Of a stretch of DNA of 64,000 bases, positions 10,273-19,285 are shown piece after piece. Under the pieces are notes generated by a model that was given only the letters and a program-made list of their open reading frames with translations, was not told where the DNA came from and searched no databases. Where the stretch lies: the NCBI GenBank assembly GCA_965226795.1, contig CBDDDZ010000004.1, positions 736,001 through 800,000 of the forward strand, in the 5' to 3' direction. The position numbers were made by a program, and so were the translations under genes. The DNA comes from Candidatus Latescibacterota bacterium. Its GTDB lineage: Bacteria > Latescibacterota > UBA2968 > GCA-2709665. Every line of letters begins with the position of its first letter. Position 1 is the stretch's first letter.

Positions 10273-10358
10273 GAGACTCTCTCCTGAATAAAGGTTTCGC
10301 GCACCGGAAAGCTCCTAAAGAACCCGTCGCTTTCAGCCGGGTTGGAGTATGAATCGCC

Positions 10359-10481
10359 CTAAGTCGCGATCGTGATGACCGCGCAGATCCGGGCTATCGC
10401 ACGTGCAAGCCAATGCAACCATGCGCTCGCCTGCGTTCTCAACACCAGGCTGGCCCACTGCAGCTCTCGGGGTGAATTCAT
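10359..10481 (-). pseudogene. Truncated or degenerate permease 5' fragment (40 aa)
   Basis: ATGA overlap with the ATPase stop and a GGAGGAC RBS. MNSPRELQW resembles the permease start MNPIRALFW. Confidence 0.5.
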
Positions 10482-11377
10482 GGCTGTCCTCCTGAGTCCG
10501 GCTGGACATGGGCTACGAAGGCCTCCTCCAGCCCCACGTCCAGCACGTCCACGATGCGTCCGCCCTGCGCCTGGATCCGGGCGGCCTGTTCCTCGCCGTA
10601 TTCCGCCACGGTCAACAGCCGATGCGGCCCCTCTCCCTGCACCTGCCGCAGTCCGCCGATTTCCGTCAATTCATCCACCCCATCGGGCAGCCGTACCGCG
10701 ACCCGCTTGACCGACTGTTTCACCTCGTCCACCATGCCCTCGATCACCAGGCGGCTCTTGTCGATAATGGCCACCCGGTCGGCTACGCGCTCCACCTCAT
10801 GGACGAGGTGCGAGGACAGGAAGACCGTGCGGCCCTCCTCCTGGATGAGCCCGATGATGCTCTCCAGAAAGTCGCGCCGCACCAGTACGTCCAGCCCCGA
10901 GGCCGGCTCGTCCAGGATCAGCAGCCGCGGTTCGTGACCCAGGGCCACGGCGAGGGCCAGTTGGGCGTTCATCCCGCGGGAGAGGTGCTTGACCTTCTGC
11001 TCCGGGTCCAGATCGAACCGGTGGATGAGCGCATCCACCCTGTCCTGGTTCCAGGTTTCGTAGAACTGTCGGTTGAACCAGATGAGTTCCCGCACCCTCA
11101 TCCAGCCGTACATCACCCGATTCTCGGCCACGTATCCCACCTGCCTCCGAAGCGCCAGCGAATCCCTTTCCGGATTCAGCCCAAGGACCTCTACCTTCCC
11201 TTCCGTGGGCTGCAACAGGTTCATGAGTATCTGAATCGTCGTGGTCTTGCCGGCGCCGTTGCGGCCGAGGAAACCGCAGACCGTACCAGCGGGCACGTCG
11301 AGCCAAAGATCGTCCACGGCAGTGAGCTTGCCGAAGCGATGGGTCAATCCTTCAATCGAGATCGCTGAACCGTTCAT
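10478..11377 (-). CDS. ABC transporter ATP-binding protein (YtrB/DrrA-like)
   Basis: Walker A GRNGAGKTT, signature LSRGM, Walker B LILDEP and SSH switch. Confidence 0.95.
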   Translation of the reverse strand: MNGSAISIEGLTHRFGKLTAVDDLWLDVPAGTVCGFLGRNGAGKTTTIQILMNLLQPTEGKVEVLGLNPERDSLALRRQVGYVAENRVMYGWMRVRELIWFNRQFYETWNQDRVDALIHRFDLDPEQKVKHLSRGMNAQLALAVALGHEPRLLILDEPASGLDVLVRRDFLESIIGLIQEEGRTVFLSSHLVHEVERVADRVAIIDKSRLVIEGMVDEVKQSVKRVAVRLPDGVDELTEIGGLRQVQGEGPHRLLTVAEYGEEQAARIQAQGGRIVDVLDVGLEEAFVAHVQPDSGGQP

Positions 11378-11396
11378 ATCGACTCCTTACTCCCTG

Positions 11397-11786
11397 TCAA
11401 TCTTCTTTCCGAAACCGGTCAAGGCGTTCCCGGATGACCTGCTCCATCTCCTCCGGGCTCAGTTCCAGTTCGACGCCCTGCACCAGCGCCCTGTCCAGCA
11501 ATTGCCGCACGATCTCCAACTTTTCCTCGCGAGATATGGTTACGTCCCGCTCTCCGACGTACGTGCCCATCCCCCGCTTCTTGTAGATGAAGCCCTCGCG
11601 CTCCAGTTCCAGGTAGGCGCGCGCCACGGTATTCGGGTTGATCAGGTACTGGCTGGCGAGATCCCGCACCGAGGGCAACTCTTCGTGCGCCTTCAGCACC
11701 CCCCGGGCCATCTGGTACCTGATCTGCTCCATCATCTGCAGGTAGATGGGTACCCCGTTGGCGGAATTGATGCGCAAGGGCAACAT
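11397..11786 (-). CDS. GntR-family regulator, YtrA subfamily
   Basis: PIYLQ...LPSVRDLA...INPNTVARAY...RGMGTYV wHTH with a short C-terminus. Lies directly upstream of the ABC ATPase. Confidence 0.93.
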   Translation of the reverse strand: MLPLRINSANGVPIYLQMMEQIRYQMARGVLKAHEELPSVRDLASQYLINPNTVARAYLELEREGFIYKKRGMGTYVGERDVTISREEKLEIVRQLLDRALVQGVELELSPEEMEQVIRERLDRFRKED

Positions 11787-11912
11787 GAAGTCACTTCCAG
11801 TCTATCGCAGAGCGGCGCGACCGGTGACGGGACAGCAAGATCCCGCCGTCCTGCAACCGAGGGCCGGTCAGCGGTGGGTTCCGAATCGCGTCCTCGTCGG
11901 ACGCCAACAGAG

Positions 11913-11972
11913 TATTACTGTATGGGTGAACCGATACAGTAATATACTAATTAATCCACCCCTGTAAATCAA
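11913..11972 (-). promoter_or_regulatory. Sigma70-type promoter with an adjoining palindromic operator for the GntR-ABC operon
   Basis: Minus strand TTGATT (11972-11967), 17-bp spacer, TAGTAT (11949-11944). Inverted repeat TATTACTGTAT-N10-ATACAGTAATA at 11913-11944. Confidence 0.75.
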
Positions 11973-12210
11973 GTACTTTTTCGCAACCAGGTTAAACAAA
12001 GGTCCGGTACGTGATACCGATATGTAGATAATTTATAAAAGAATCAATATGTTAGTGGAGGGGCTTCTTATTCTGGCGGGAACAAAGAAGCATTTTGGAG
12101 GGGCCGAACGATGTAGGGCACGAGGCAAATCTCGAAAATGTGGTCGAGCACAAAGAGGCGGAAGCATTGTGCAACATTTGTATTTCAACGTCTAACGCGA
12201 CCTTAAGAGT

Positions 12211-13404
12211 TTAGAATAAGTCCCGTTGGTTCGACGTTAGTTTGTCTGGGGGCTTCGATTCCTCATCGACTCGAATTGCCTCAGATAGACTATCTGCTGA
12301 TTCGAATATTTCCTCATCACATTCATCGTACAATCCACGGTATTTCTCCTGCGGATTCCGATCATAGATCAATTCGATTTTCCGGTTTGACAGCATCCTG
12401 ATTTCCCTGACGTCATTGACCAATATCCCCACCTCCTGTTTTGTCATAACGGGAAATCCGTAGTTTTCGTTTCTGTATTTCAGCGTACCCCCTGAAGCTG
12501 TTCTTTTCCTTACGAACTCCATGTGTCTCGCCAGCCGCTCACCGATATACCGATTAGATGATGCCACAATGTCGGCTGTTCGTTCGGCTACCGCATCTGC
12601 GAAATTAGGGTCAATTTCATAGCCTACGCTGTCTCTGCACGAAGCCATCGCAGCCAACATTGAAGTGCCGGTCCCCAGGAATGGATCCAAGATTAAATCG
12701 CCTTTCAAGGAGAACATATTTACTAGCCTGTACGCAAGTTCAAATGGAAAAGCAGCACTTCTCTTGCGGAGTTTCTCGTCATCCAGGTTCTGCTTGGCTC
12801 CCTTCAAATCCATCCAGACATCCGAAAACCATATATTCCTTTCTTCCCAGAAAAAGCCGCTTCTCTTCCTTTGAAGTTTATCCTCTTCTCGTTTGAACCC
12901 CCTCTTGCCACCCTTTCTCAATACAAGGATAAATTCATGCTCCAAGGTTACGTAAGCCCCGGGCGGCAACATTCCACTACCCATAAATTTATTCGGTGCG
13001 TTCGTCTGTTTTCTCCAAAGTATCTCCGGCAAAGCCTGAAATCCCGTTTTCAAACACTGACTCAATATTCTTGAATGGCTGGGATAGAGCTTGAAGTTTC
13101 CGTTTATCGTTCGTGTGGCGTCGCCCACGTTGATGCATACAATGCCCCCCGGTTTGACGACTCTGTAGACTTCGTTCCATACCTTATCGAGAAGCTGATT
13201 CATCAACTCGAATGCGCGATTACCATCTTTGCTCTGCAATACTTTCCCTATTTCAGAATTCTGCTGGGTAAATACTCCATCCCACATTTCAATCATAGGA
13301 TAGGGCGGCGACGTAATCATCAAGTCCACTGACTCGTCCCGGAGTTCTTTCATATTATTGGAATCTACGTAAAATACCGTGTGCGTTGTTTTCAAGTCGC
13401 CCAT
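12211..13404 (-). CDS. Beta-class amino DNA methyltransferase (probably N4-cytosine)
   Basis: Motif IV TSPPY precedes motif I LDPFLGTGTS. Adjacent to a restriction endonuclease gene. Confidence 0.9.
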   Translation of the reverse strand: MGDLKTTHTVFYVDSNNMKELRDESVDLMITSPPYPMIEMWDGVFTQQNSEIGKVLQSKDGNRAFELMNQLLDKVWNEVYRVVKPGGIVCINVGDATRTINGNFKLYPSHSRILSQCLKTGFQALPEILWRKQTNAPNKFMGSGMLPPGAYVTLEHEFILVLRKGGKRGFKREEDKLQRKRSGFFWEERNIWFSDVWMDLKGAKQNLDDEKLRKRSAAFPFELAYRLVNMFSLKGDLILDPFLGTGTSMLAAMASCRDSVGYEIDPNFADAVAERTADIVASSNRYIGERLARHMEFVRKRTASGGTLKYRNENYGFPVMTKQEVGILVNDVREIRMLSNRKIELIYDRNPQEKYRGLYDECDEEIFESADSLSEAIRVDEESKPPDKLTSNQRDLF

Positions 13405-13491
13405 CTTGGCCCATCATCCTCCAGTCTTGTCCTCTCGTTCAATTGCCACATCCAGTTTCTCTTCCAAATTGACGTGAATTTGACTTTCCCG

Positions 13492-14091
13492 TCAAAATAG
13501 TGTCGGCGGGTTTTCATCTGGAATTTCTATTGTAATGCCGTCTTTCTTCTTATCATAGTAGACGATAGTTACGTAAATTGAATCTGCCAGACTCTGCTTT
13601 GATTTAAAAGTGATTGGTTTGATTGAAAACGGCTGGTCGCCAACAAATCCATCGATTCCTTGTGCCTCTTCATACGGATGTGCCAGACGGTAGTCACAAC
13701 CCTTCAACTCAGCCAGCCTCTTTAAGATCGCCTCTTGAAACCGAAGGCCAACAAACGTCTTCACAAGCACTAAATCCTCGACCCATCTCTTAACAAGCTC
13801 CCGACCAATAGCCGGCAATGCTGTCTGTAATTTCTCCAACATAGATGTAATTCGTTCAGTCGCGTGATCAATGGTCTCGGGGTTGTTCTCAAGATACCAC
13901 TGAACCCATTCCTGATATGTTCTGCCCGGAAACTGCTGAATCAGTTCACTCATCTGCCCGACGACTTTCGGTCTGGTTCCCTGCGCGTTTTGATTAGCCA
14001 GATTAATTATCTGGGTTGTGTACTTTGGAAACTCCGAAACTGGGGCTTCCAAGTATTCCTGAATCTCTTCGTTCTTGAGTTTAAATTTCAC
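13492..14091 (-). CDS. Type II restriction endonuclease, MjaI family
   Basis: FPKYTTQIINLANQNAQGTRPKVVGQMSEL and EEAQGIDGF...SIKP nuclease motif. Co-oriented with the MTase. Confidence 0.8.
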   Translation of the reverse strand: MKFKLKNEEIQEYLEAPVSEFPKYTTQIINLANQNAQGTRPKVVGQMSELIQQFPGRTYQEWVQWYLENNPETIDHATERITSMLEKLQTALPAIGRELVKRWVEDLVLVKTFVGLRFQEAILKRLAELKGCDYRLAHPYEEAQGIDGFVGDQPFSIKPITFKSKQSLADSIYVTIVYYDKKKDGITIEIPDENPPTLF

Positions 14092-14389
14092 CTATTACCT
14101 CGCAGAATCATAGCCTCCACTATCAATCTCGCCCAAAGTCTCCGGAAGCTTATACGATGCTGGCGAACGCCGATTTTCTGTTGCCTCTTGTGCGTCCCAA
14201 CGTTGCGAGTCCCACCCAAGCGTTCGCTTTCACCAATTTGCAATATTTCCAACTATTTGTACTATCTCCAAGGTTCTCCTATTGAGAGGCGTCAACGGGT
14301 TATGGAGAATTGATAACATGTGAATTGGGGTGTTGTAAATGGTTTTTTGGGAAATTTAACTTGACATCGTGGCGTGGTCGTACGTGATG

Positions 14390-14926
14390 TCAAAGGGAAC
14401 AAAACAACAGCGCCTCCGCGATCTTTTCTGCTTTTTGGTTGATGTGGGCTCGCGCGCTGGGATGGATGCACTTGACGTGAGACGCATCAGCATGTCGGCA
14501 GGCCAGTGCTGCGCGGTTGCCCAGAGCTATGGCTTATCGTGCTGTAATTTCGTGTCGTGTAATGTACTCAAATGATCGATAAACGTACTCCCTCGGGATC
14601 TCTTCGGAGCGTCCTCTTGGAAGCAGGTAAAACGCTTGTGTGATGTATATATCCGAACGCTTCATTCCCGCAATGTCGAGGGCGTGGTCAAGCACAATAT
14701 TGAACGGGATGTGAGGCAGGTAACCCTTTTCCTTCAGCGTGTCTCGGTGCTCAATCGCGGAGGGCCAGTCCAACCAGTGGTATGCAACCAAAAGGGGGCC
14801 GGTCTCGTTGTTCGAAATTTTCTAAATGGGCGCAACATAGTCTCCGTCAAGTCCAACATCGGTGAGTGTCTTATATCCCCGAATCGAGAATCGGCGGCGT
14901 CGAGCGATAATGTCGGACCTTGTCAT
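14390..14926 (-). pseudogene. Uracil-DNA glycosylase-superfamily-like pseudogene with two in-frame stops
   Basis: A single frame from ATG 14926 reads through TAG 14822-14824 and TAA 14534-14536 to give SDIYITQAF...AIALGNRA...CIHPSAR, ending at TGA 14390. Confidence 0.65.
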
Positions 14927-15385
14927 GTTCGCGTCCTTTGTGTCTAAGTGGTTACGTCCATGCGGTGTACATACCCAAAATTCTTGACAACTTCTTGCTT
15001 CTTCAGTAGACTGCCGAAATAGAAAGCCGCTAAACGTTTGGGTCCGTACATCCAGTTCCGGTATCCGAATGGGCGTGTAGCTCAATTTGGGAGAGCATGC
15101 GTTGTTAAATTTCGTTGTGCTAAGCTTATTGCCCCCGGAGGATAGCATTCTCCGGCCAACGCTTCTGTCCGTGGCAGAGGCGTTTCTTTTGTATACAACA
15201 TCAATCATAACATATAGTTATTGATCAGTCAAGGAATTACTCGGGGCGCAGGAAGCGGGTGCTGCATCGCGGCGTGACCGGTAGAACGCGGCCCCGCTTG
15301 ACATCTCCAGCATGGCCTATTTCTACCCGTCCGTCACTGACTCACGAAAAGACTATCGGCCGATTCCCCCGGGAGTCGGCTTCTG

Positions 15386-16078
15386 ATGGAGTTGGATGTC
15401 TTGTTGACTTCCGAAGAGTGGATGGTTCTGGCCCTGTCGCTGCGCGTGGGGCTGGTCTGCGTGTTGTTGAGCCTGCCTCCGGCGGTCATTTTGGGATGGG
15501 TGCTTGCCCGGTGTGAATTCAAGGCCAAGATGCTGCTGGACGGCTTGTGCCACCTGCCCCTGGTGCTGCCGCCCGTGGTGACCGGCTACGTGCTGCTGAT
15601 GCTGTTCAGCCGTCGTGGCATTCTGGGTGGTTTTCTGGAGGAGTCGCTGGGAATCCAGGTGGCGTTTACGTGGAAAGGTGCGGCGCTGGCGTCGGCTGTG
15701 GTCGGATTCCCCCTGGCGTTGCGCGCCATCCGGCTGGCCATTGAAGAGGTGGACCCCCGGCTGGAACATGCAGCCCGGACCCTGGGTGCTGGACCGATCA
15801 GGGTTTTTGTTACGGTAACGATGCGGCTGGCCGCACCCGGGCTGCTGGCAGGCGCGTTGCTGGCATTCGCAAGAAGCCTGGGAGAGTTCGGCGCGACGAT
15901 CACCTTTGTGTCGAATATCGCCGGGGAGACCCGGACACTGCCCCTGGCGATCTTCACGTTTCTAAACAGACCCGGCGGAGACACGGCCGTAGCCCGCCTG
16001 GCGATCCTGTCAGTGATCCTGTCATTTACAGCGCTGGTGGCCAGCGAAGCGGTGGCCCGCCGAATGAGGAGAAACTGA
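15386..16078 (+). CDS. modB: Molybdate ABC transporter permease
   Basis: LPLVLPPVVTGY, AARTLGA, FARSLGEFGATI and TRTLPLAIF motifs. Confidence 0.95.
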   Translation: MELDVLLTSEEWMVLALSLRVGLVCVLLSLPPAVILGWVLARCEFKAKMLLDGLCHLPLVLPPVVTGYVLLMLFSRRGILGGFLEESLGIQVAFTWKGAALASAVVGFPLALRAIRLAIEEVDPRLEHAARTLGAGPIRVFVTVTMRLAAPGLLAGALLAFARSLGEFGATITFVSNIAGETRTLPLAIFTFLNRPGGDTAVARLAILSVILSFTALVASEAVARRMRRN

Positions 16079-16079
16079 A

Positions 16080-17159
16080 GTGCTATCCATCCGCGTGAGG
16101 CGGGCGCTGTCGTCATTTTCGCTGGACGTAGCGGTGGATTGCCGCTATCCGGTGACGGCGATTTTCGGTCCCTCGGGCGCAGGAAAAACCACGCTTTTAA
16201 ACCTCGTGGCAGGCTTGATGCTGCCGGACGCCGGAGAGATCCGGCTGGGCGACCGTGTGCTTTTTTCGTCCGAGGAGGGCATCAACCTTCCGCCTGAAAA
16301 ACGCCGCGTGGGCTACGTATTTCAGGACGATCTGCTATTCCCGCATCTGACGGTGGCGGAGAATCTGCGATACGGGTACGATCTGTTGTCTCCGGATTCG
16401 CGCCGGTTCGAGGTGGAACCGATTGCGGACCTTCTGGGATTGACGGGGTTGATGGACAGGTATCCGACGCGATTGTCGGGCGGCGAGCGGCAGAGGGTGG
16501 CGCTGGGGCGGGCGATTCTGGCCTCGCCGGAGTTGCTCCTGATGGATGAGCCCCTGGCTTCGCTGGATCAGGAACTGAAAGATCGCATTATTCCGTACCT
16601 GCGGCACATCAGGTCGGACCTGGGCATTCCGATTCTCTACGTGAGCCACTCGGTCGCGGAGATCCTGGAATTGACGGGGCAGGTGATTGTCCTGAAAGCC
16701 GGACGGGTGCTCGCGCACGGGGATTTTTTTCACGTCGCCCATCACCCGGAGGTGCTGCCGCTGGCCGAGGCGCACGGGTTCGAAAACGTGTTACCGGTGG
16801 AGGTGGTGGCACAGGACGGGGTTCGAAAGGGCTGCCTCGTGCGCTTTGGAGATCAGGATCTTCGGGTGCCTCCCTGCAACAGGCCGGTGGGAAGCCGGAT
16901 TTTTATCGGCATTCGCGCAAACGACATCATCCTGAGCAGGAAACAGCCCGAGGGGTTGAGCATTCGCAACGCTATGCGGGGCCGGATCCTCGACGTGGCG
17001 GACGTGGAAGGAAAACAGCTGGTATACGTTGACGTGGGAAAACGTCTGGCGGTGGAGGTCACCCTGGAGGCTGTGGAAGAGTTGGACCTTAAGGTTGGCG
17101 ACCCGGTGATGTGCCTGGTGAAAGCCCACTCGATCCGGATCGGCCCGAACGTGGATTGA
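16080..17159 (+). CDS. modC: Molybdate ABC transporter ATP-binding protein
   Basis: GPSGAGKTT, LSGGERQR, LLMDEPLASLD and a C-terminal TOBE domain (LSIRN...VKA). Confidence 0.93.
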   Translation: MLSIRVRRALSSFSLDVAVDCRYPVTAIFGPSGAGKTTLLNLVAGLMLPDAGEIRLGDRVLFSSEEGINLPPEKRRVGYVFQDDLLFPHLTVAENLRYGYDLLSPDSRRFEVEPIADLLGLTGLMDRYPTRLSGGERQRVALGRAILASPELLLMDEPLASLDQELKDRIIPYLRHIRSDLGIPILYVSHSVAEILELTGQVIVLKAGRVLAHGDFFHVAHHPEVLPLAEAHGFENVLPVEVVAQDGVRKGCLVRFGDQDLRVPPCNRPVGSRIFIGIRANDIILSRKQPEGLSIRNAMRGRILDVADVEGKQLVYVDVGKRLAVEVTLEAVEELDLKVGDPVMCLVKAHSIRIGPNVD

Positions 17160-17309
17160 AGGACGACTGGCGTTCAGGCACCTGCCTGCCGCGCGTTGCT
17201 TGGCGCAGGCAGGCCGCCCGGGCGTACCCCGTCATGAGTCTGGCGGGACCCGCAAATCGCGACGTCCCGCCTTTTCGCTAAAGAGCTGCGTGAATCAACA
17301 GGGTGTCCT

Positions 17310-18266
17310 TCATCGTTCACCGGCTTCTTCACCTTCATATAGCAATCTGAGAAGGGCGAGGAAGAGCCGGTCCCTCCGGTTTCGTTCTTTATCGATGGAT
17401 TCCGGCGTGTACTCGTGGAAACCGCGGCCGGTCTTCGCGCCGTAGTGCCCCGCGTCGACCAGCTTCCGGACGTTCCCGGGGAGTTCGGTGTCGGATCGGA
17501 TTTCAGGAACGAGGATCTGGTAAACGAGGGCCGAAACGTCGAGACCCGCGAAGTCTCGAACCGACAGGGGACCGGTTGCGGCCAGGCGAAAGCCGACGCT
17601 GGCTCGAACCGCGCGGTCGATGTCCTCTGGCTCGGCGACGCCACGGTCCAGGAGATCCCATATTTCGCGGGACATGGCCACCTGGATGCGGTTGATCAGG
17701 AAACCCGGAATCTCCTGCTTGAGGCGCACCGGCAGTTTACCGATCCGCTTCAGAAGGTCGACGGCGTTCTTCACGGTTCGCTCGGTCGTACGTTCTCCAG
17801 GTACGACCTCCACGAGTGGTACTATATGCGGGGGATTGAACCAGTGGGTAACCACGGCTCGCCCGGGATTTCGAAGGTCCCGGGCGATGTCAGTCATGGG
17901 AAAAGAAGAGGTATTGCTGGCCAGAATGGTCTCCCGCGAGACAATGGTTTCTATCCTGGCGAAGAGTTCCCGCTTAACGTCGAGGTCCTCCCGGACGGCT
18001 TCCGTAACGAACCGAGCCGTTTCAACCGCCTCTCGCTCGCTGTCGAACACGGCAATGCGTCCGAGCGTTTCCCGGACGGAATCCGGCGTATCCATCCCGG
18101 CCAGAATACGTTGCCGCAGGTTTGTCTCTATCCGGCGATGCAGGGATTCGCGGGCCGCAGAGGATTCGTCGTAGCAGCGGACAGGGTGTCCTGCCGCGGC
18201 GAATGCCTGCGCGATGCCATGGCCCATTGTGCCCAGGCCGATGACCGCAACTGTCTGGAGTGCCAT
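17310..18266 (-). CDS. 3-hydroxyacyl-CoA dehydrogenase family protein
   Basis: GLGTMG Rossmann motif, ASNTSS, HWFNPP, PGFLINR and GAKTGRGF. Confidence 0.9.
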   Translation of the reverse strand: MALQTVAVIGLGTMGHGIAQAFAAAGHPVRCYDESSAARESLHRRIETNLRQRILAGMDTPDSVRETLGRIAVFDSEREAVETARFVTEAVREDLDVKRELFARIETIVSRETILASNTSSFPMTDIARDLRNPGRAVVTHWFNPPHIVPLVEVVPGERTTERTVKNAVDLLKRIGKLPVRLKQEIPGFLINRIQVAMSREIWDLLDRGVAEPEDIDRAVRASVGFRLAATGPLSVRDFAGLDVSALVYQILVPEIRSDTELPGNVRKLVDAGHYGAKTGRGFHEYTPESIDKERNRRDRLFLALLRLLYEGEEAGER

Positions 18267-18353
18267 TTCAGTCTACCATAGTGGTCGGGTCAAATTGTGC
18301 GAGCCTTGAAGTGCCCATACACAGGGATTCTGAGGTTTCGGTTTGACGTATGT

Positions 18354-18378
18354 GAGCAGACAGGAATGTCTGCTCCAC
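18354..18378. repeat. REP-like palindrome (GTGG class on the minus strand)
   Basis: GAGCAGACA-GGAA-TGTCTGCTC-CAC hairpin in intergenic DNA. Confidence 0.6.
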
Positions 18379-18502
18379 CTTTTCAAGCTTTGGTTCGAGG
18401 TATCGCTTGAGCGCGTCAACCATCCGAGACAAATCGCCTGTACTTGCTTCCACTTCCCGATGCAGCACGGTGCCGCTGTCACCTGTGTGCGCGCAGTATC
18501 GG

Positions 18503-19243
18503 TTATATTGTCTTACCGCCGTCCACAACCATCACCTGTCCGGTGACGTATTCATTCGTGACCAGGCTCAGAATCGCATTGGCGATATCCTCGGGTTCCG
18601 CGACACGCTTGAGGGGGGTGGCTTCACGGTTTACGCGGACGAATTCGTCCCAGCCTTTCACCCAGCGGGTGTTCACCACGCCGGGGGCCACGGCGTTTAC
18701 CCGAATACGCGGCGCCTGGCTGATGGCCAGGGATTTGGTGAGAGAGATCATCGCCGCCTTGGACGCGCAATATGCAATGGAACTGCCCTGACCGCAGGTA
18801 CCCGCGATGGAGGCCACGTTTACGATCTGTCCTCCCGTTTCGGGCATTCTGGATATCGCCGCCCTGGCACAGTAGAAGGCGCCCTTGACGTTGACGTCGA
18901 AAACCGGATCCCAGGCTTCATCGGTAAGGGCCTCGAGGTCGGCCAGCGGCACGAAGACGGTGGTACCCGCATTATTGACCAGGATGTCCAACCCGCCGAG
19001 TTCGTCAGCCACACGTTCCACCATCTCACGAACCACGCTTTCGACCGCCACATCTGCGCAGACGGCGATCGAATTTCGGCCGAGGGCGTGAACATCCGCA
19101 ACCGTGGCCTCCGCTTCGGGTCCGGACCGCGAGTAGTTGACCGCCACGTCGGCCCCTTCCGAGGCGAAGAGCAAAGAGGTCGCCCTGCCAATTCCCGTGC
19201 CGCCGCCGGTCACAAGCGCGACCTTTCCGTCTAAACGGCCCAT
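18503..19243 (-). CDS. SDR-family oxidoreductase
   Basis: TGGGTGIG, NNAG and YCASK motifs. Confidence 0.93.
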   Translation of the reverse strand: MGRLDGKVALVTGGGTGIGRATSLLFASEGADVAVNYSRSGPEAEATVADVHALGRNSIAVCADVAVESVVREMVERVADELGGLDILVNNAGTTVFVPLADLEALTDEAWDPVFDVNVKGAFYCARAAISRMPETGGQIVNVASIAGTCGQGSSIAYCASKAAMISLTKSLAISQAPRIRVNAVAPGVVNTRWVKGWDEFVRVNREATPLKRVAEPEDIANAILSLVTNEYVTGQVMVVDGGKTI

Positions 19244-19285
19244 AAAGATTCCTTTCGATTTAGTTTATAAGGGTTGTGCTCAGGA

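Noticed and set aside
14100..14330. Possible controller (C) protein upstream of the REase
   Set aside because: I found no HTH-like ORF or C-box.
14534..14824. Stop-codon recoding as an explanation for the in-frame stops
   Set aside because: Two different stops (TAG and TAA) are involved and both terminate normal genes elsewhere in the window.
18268..18528. 86-aa ORF with LSRMVDALKRY beside a REP, faintly like a RAYT fragment
   Set aside because: It has no HUH motif or catalytic Tyr context and is too short to support.
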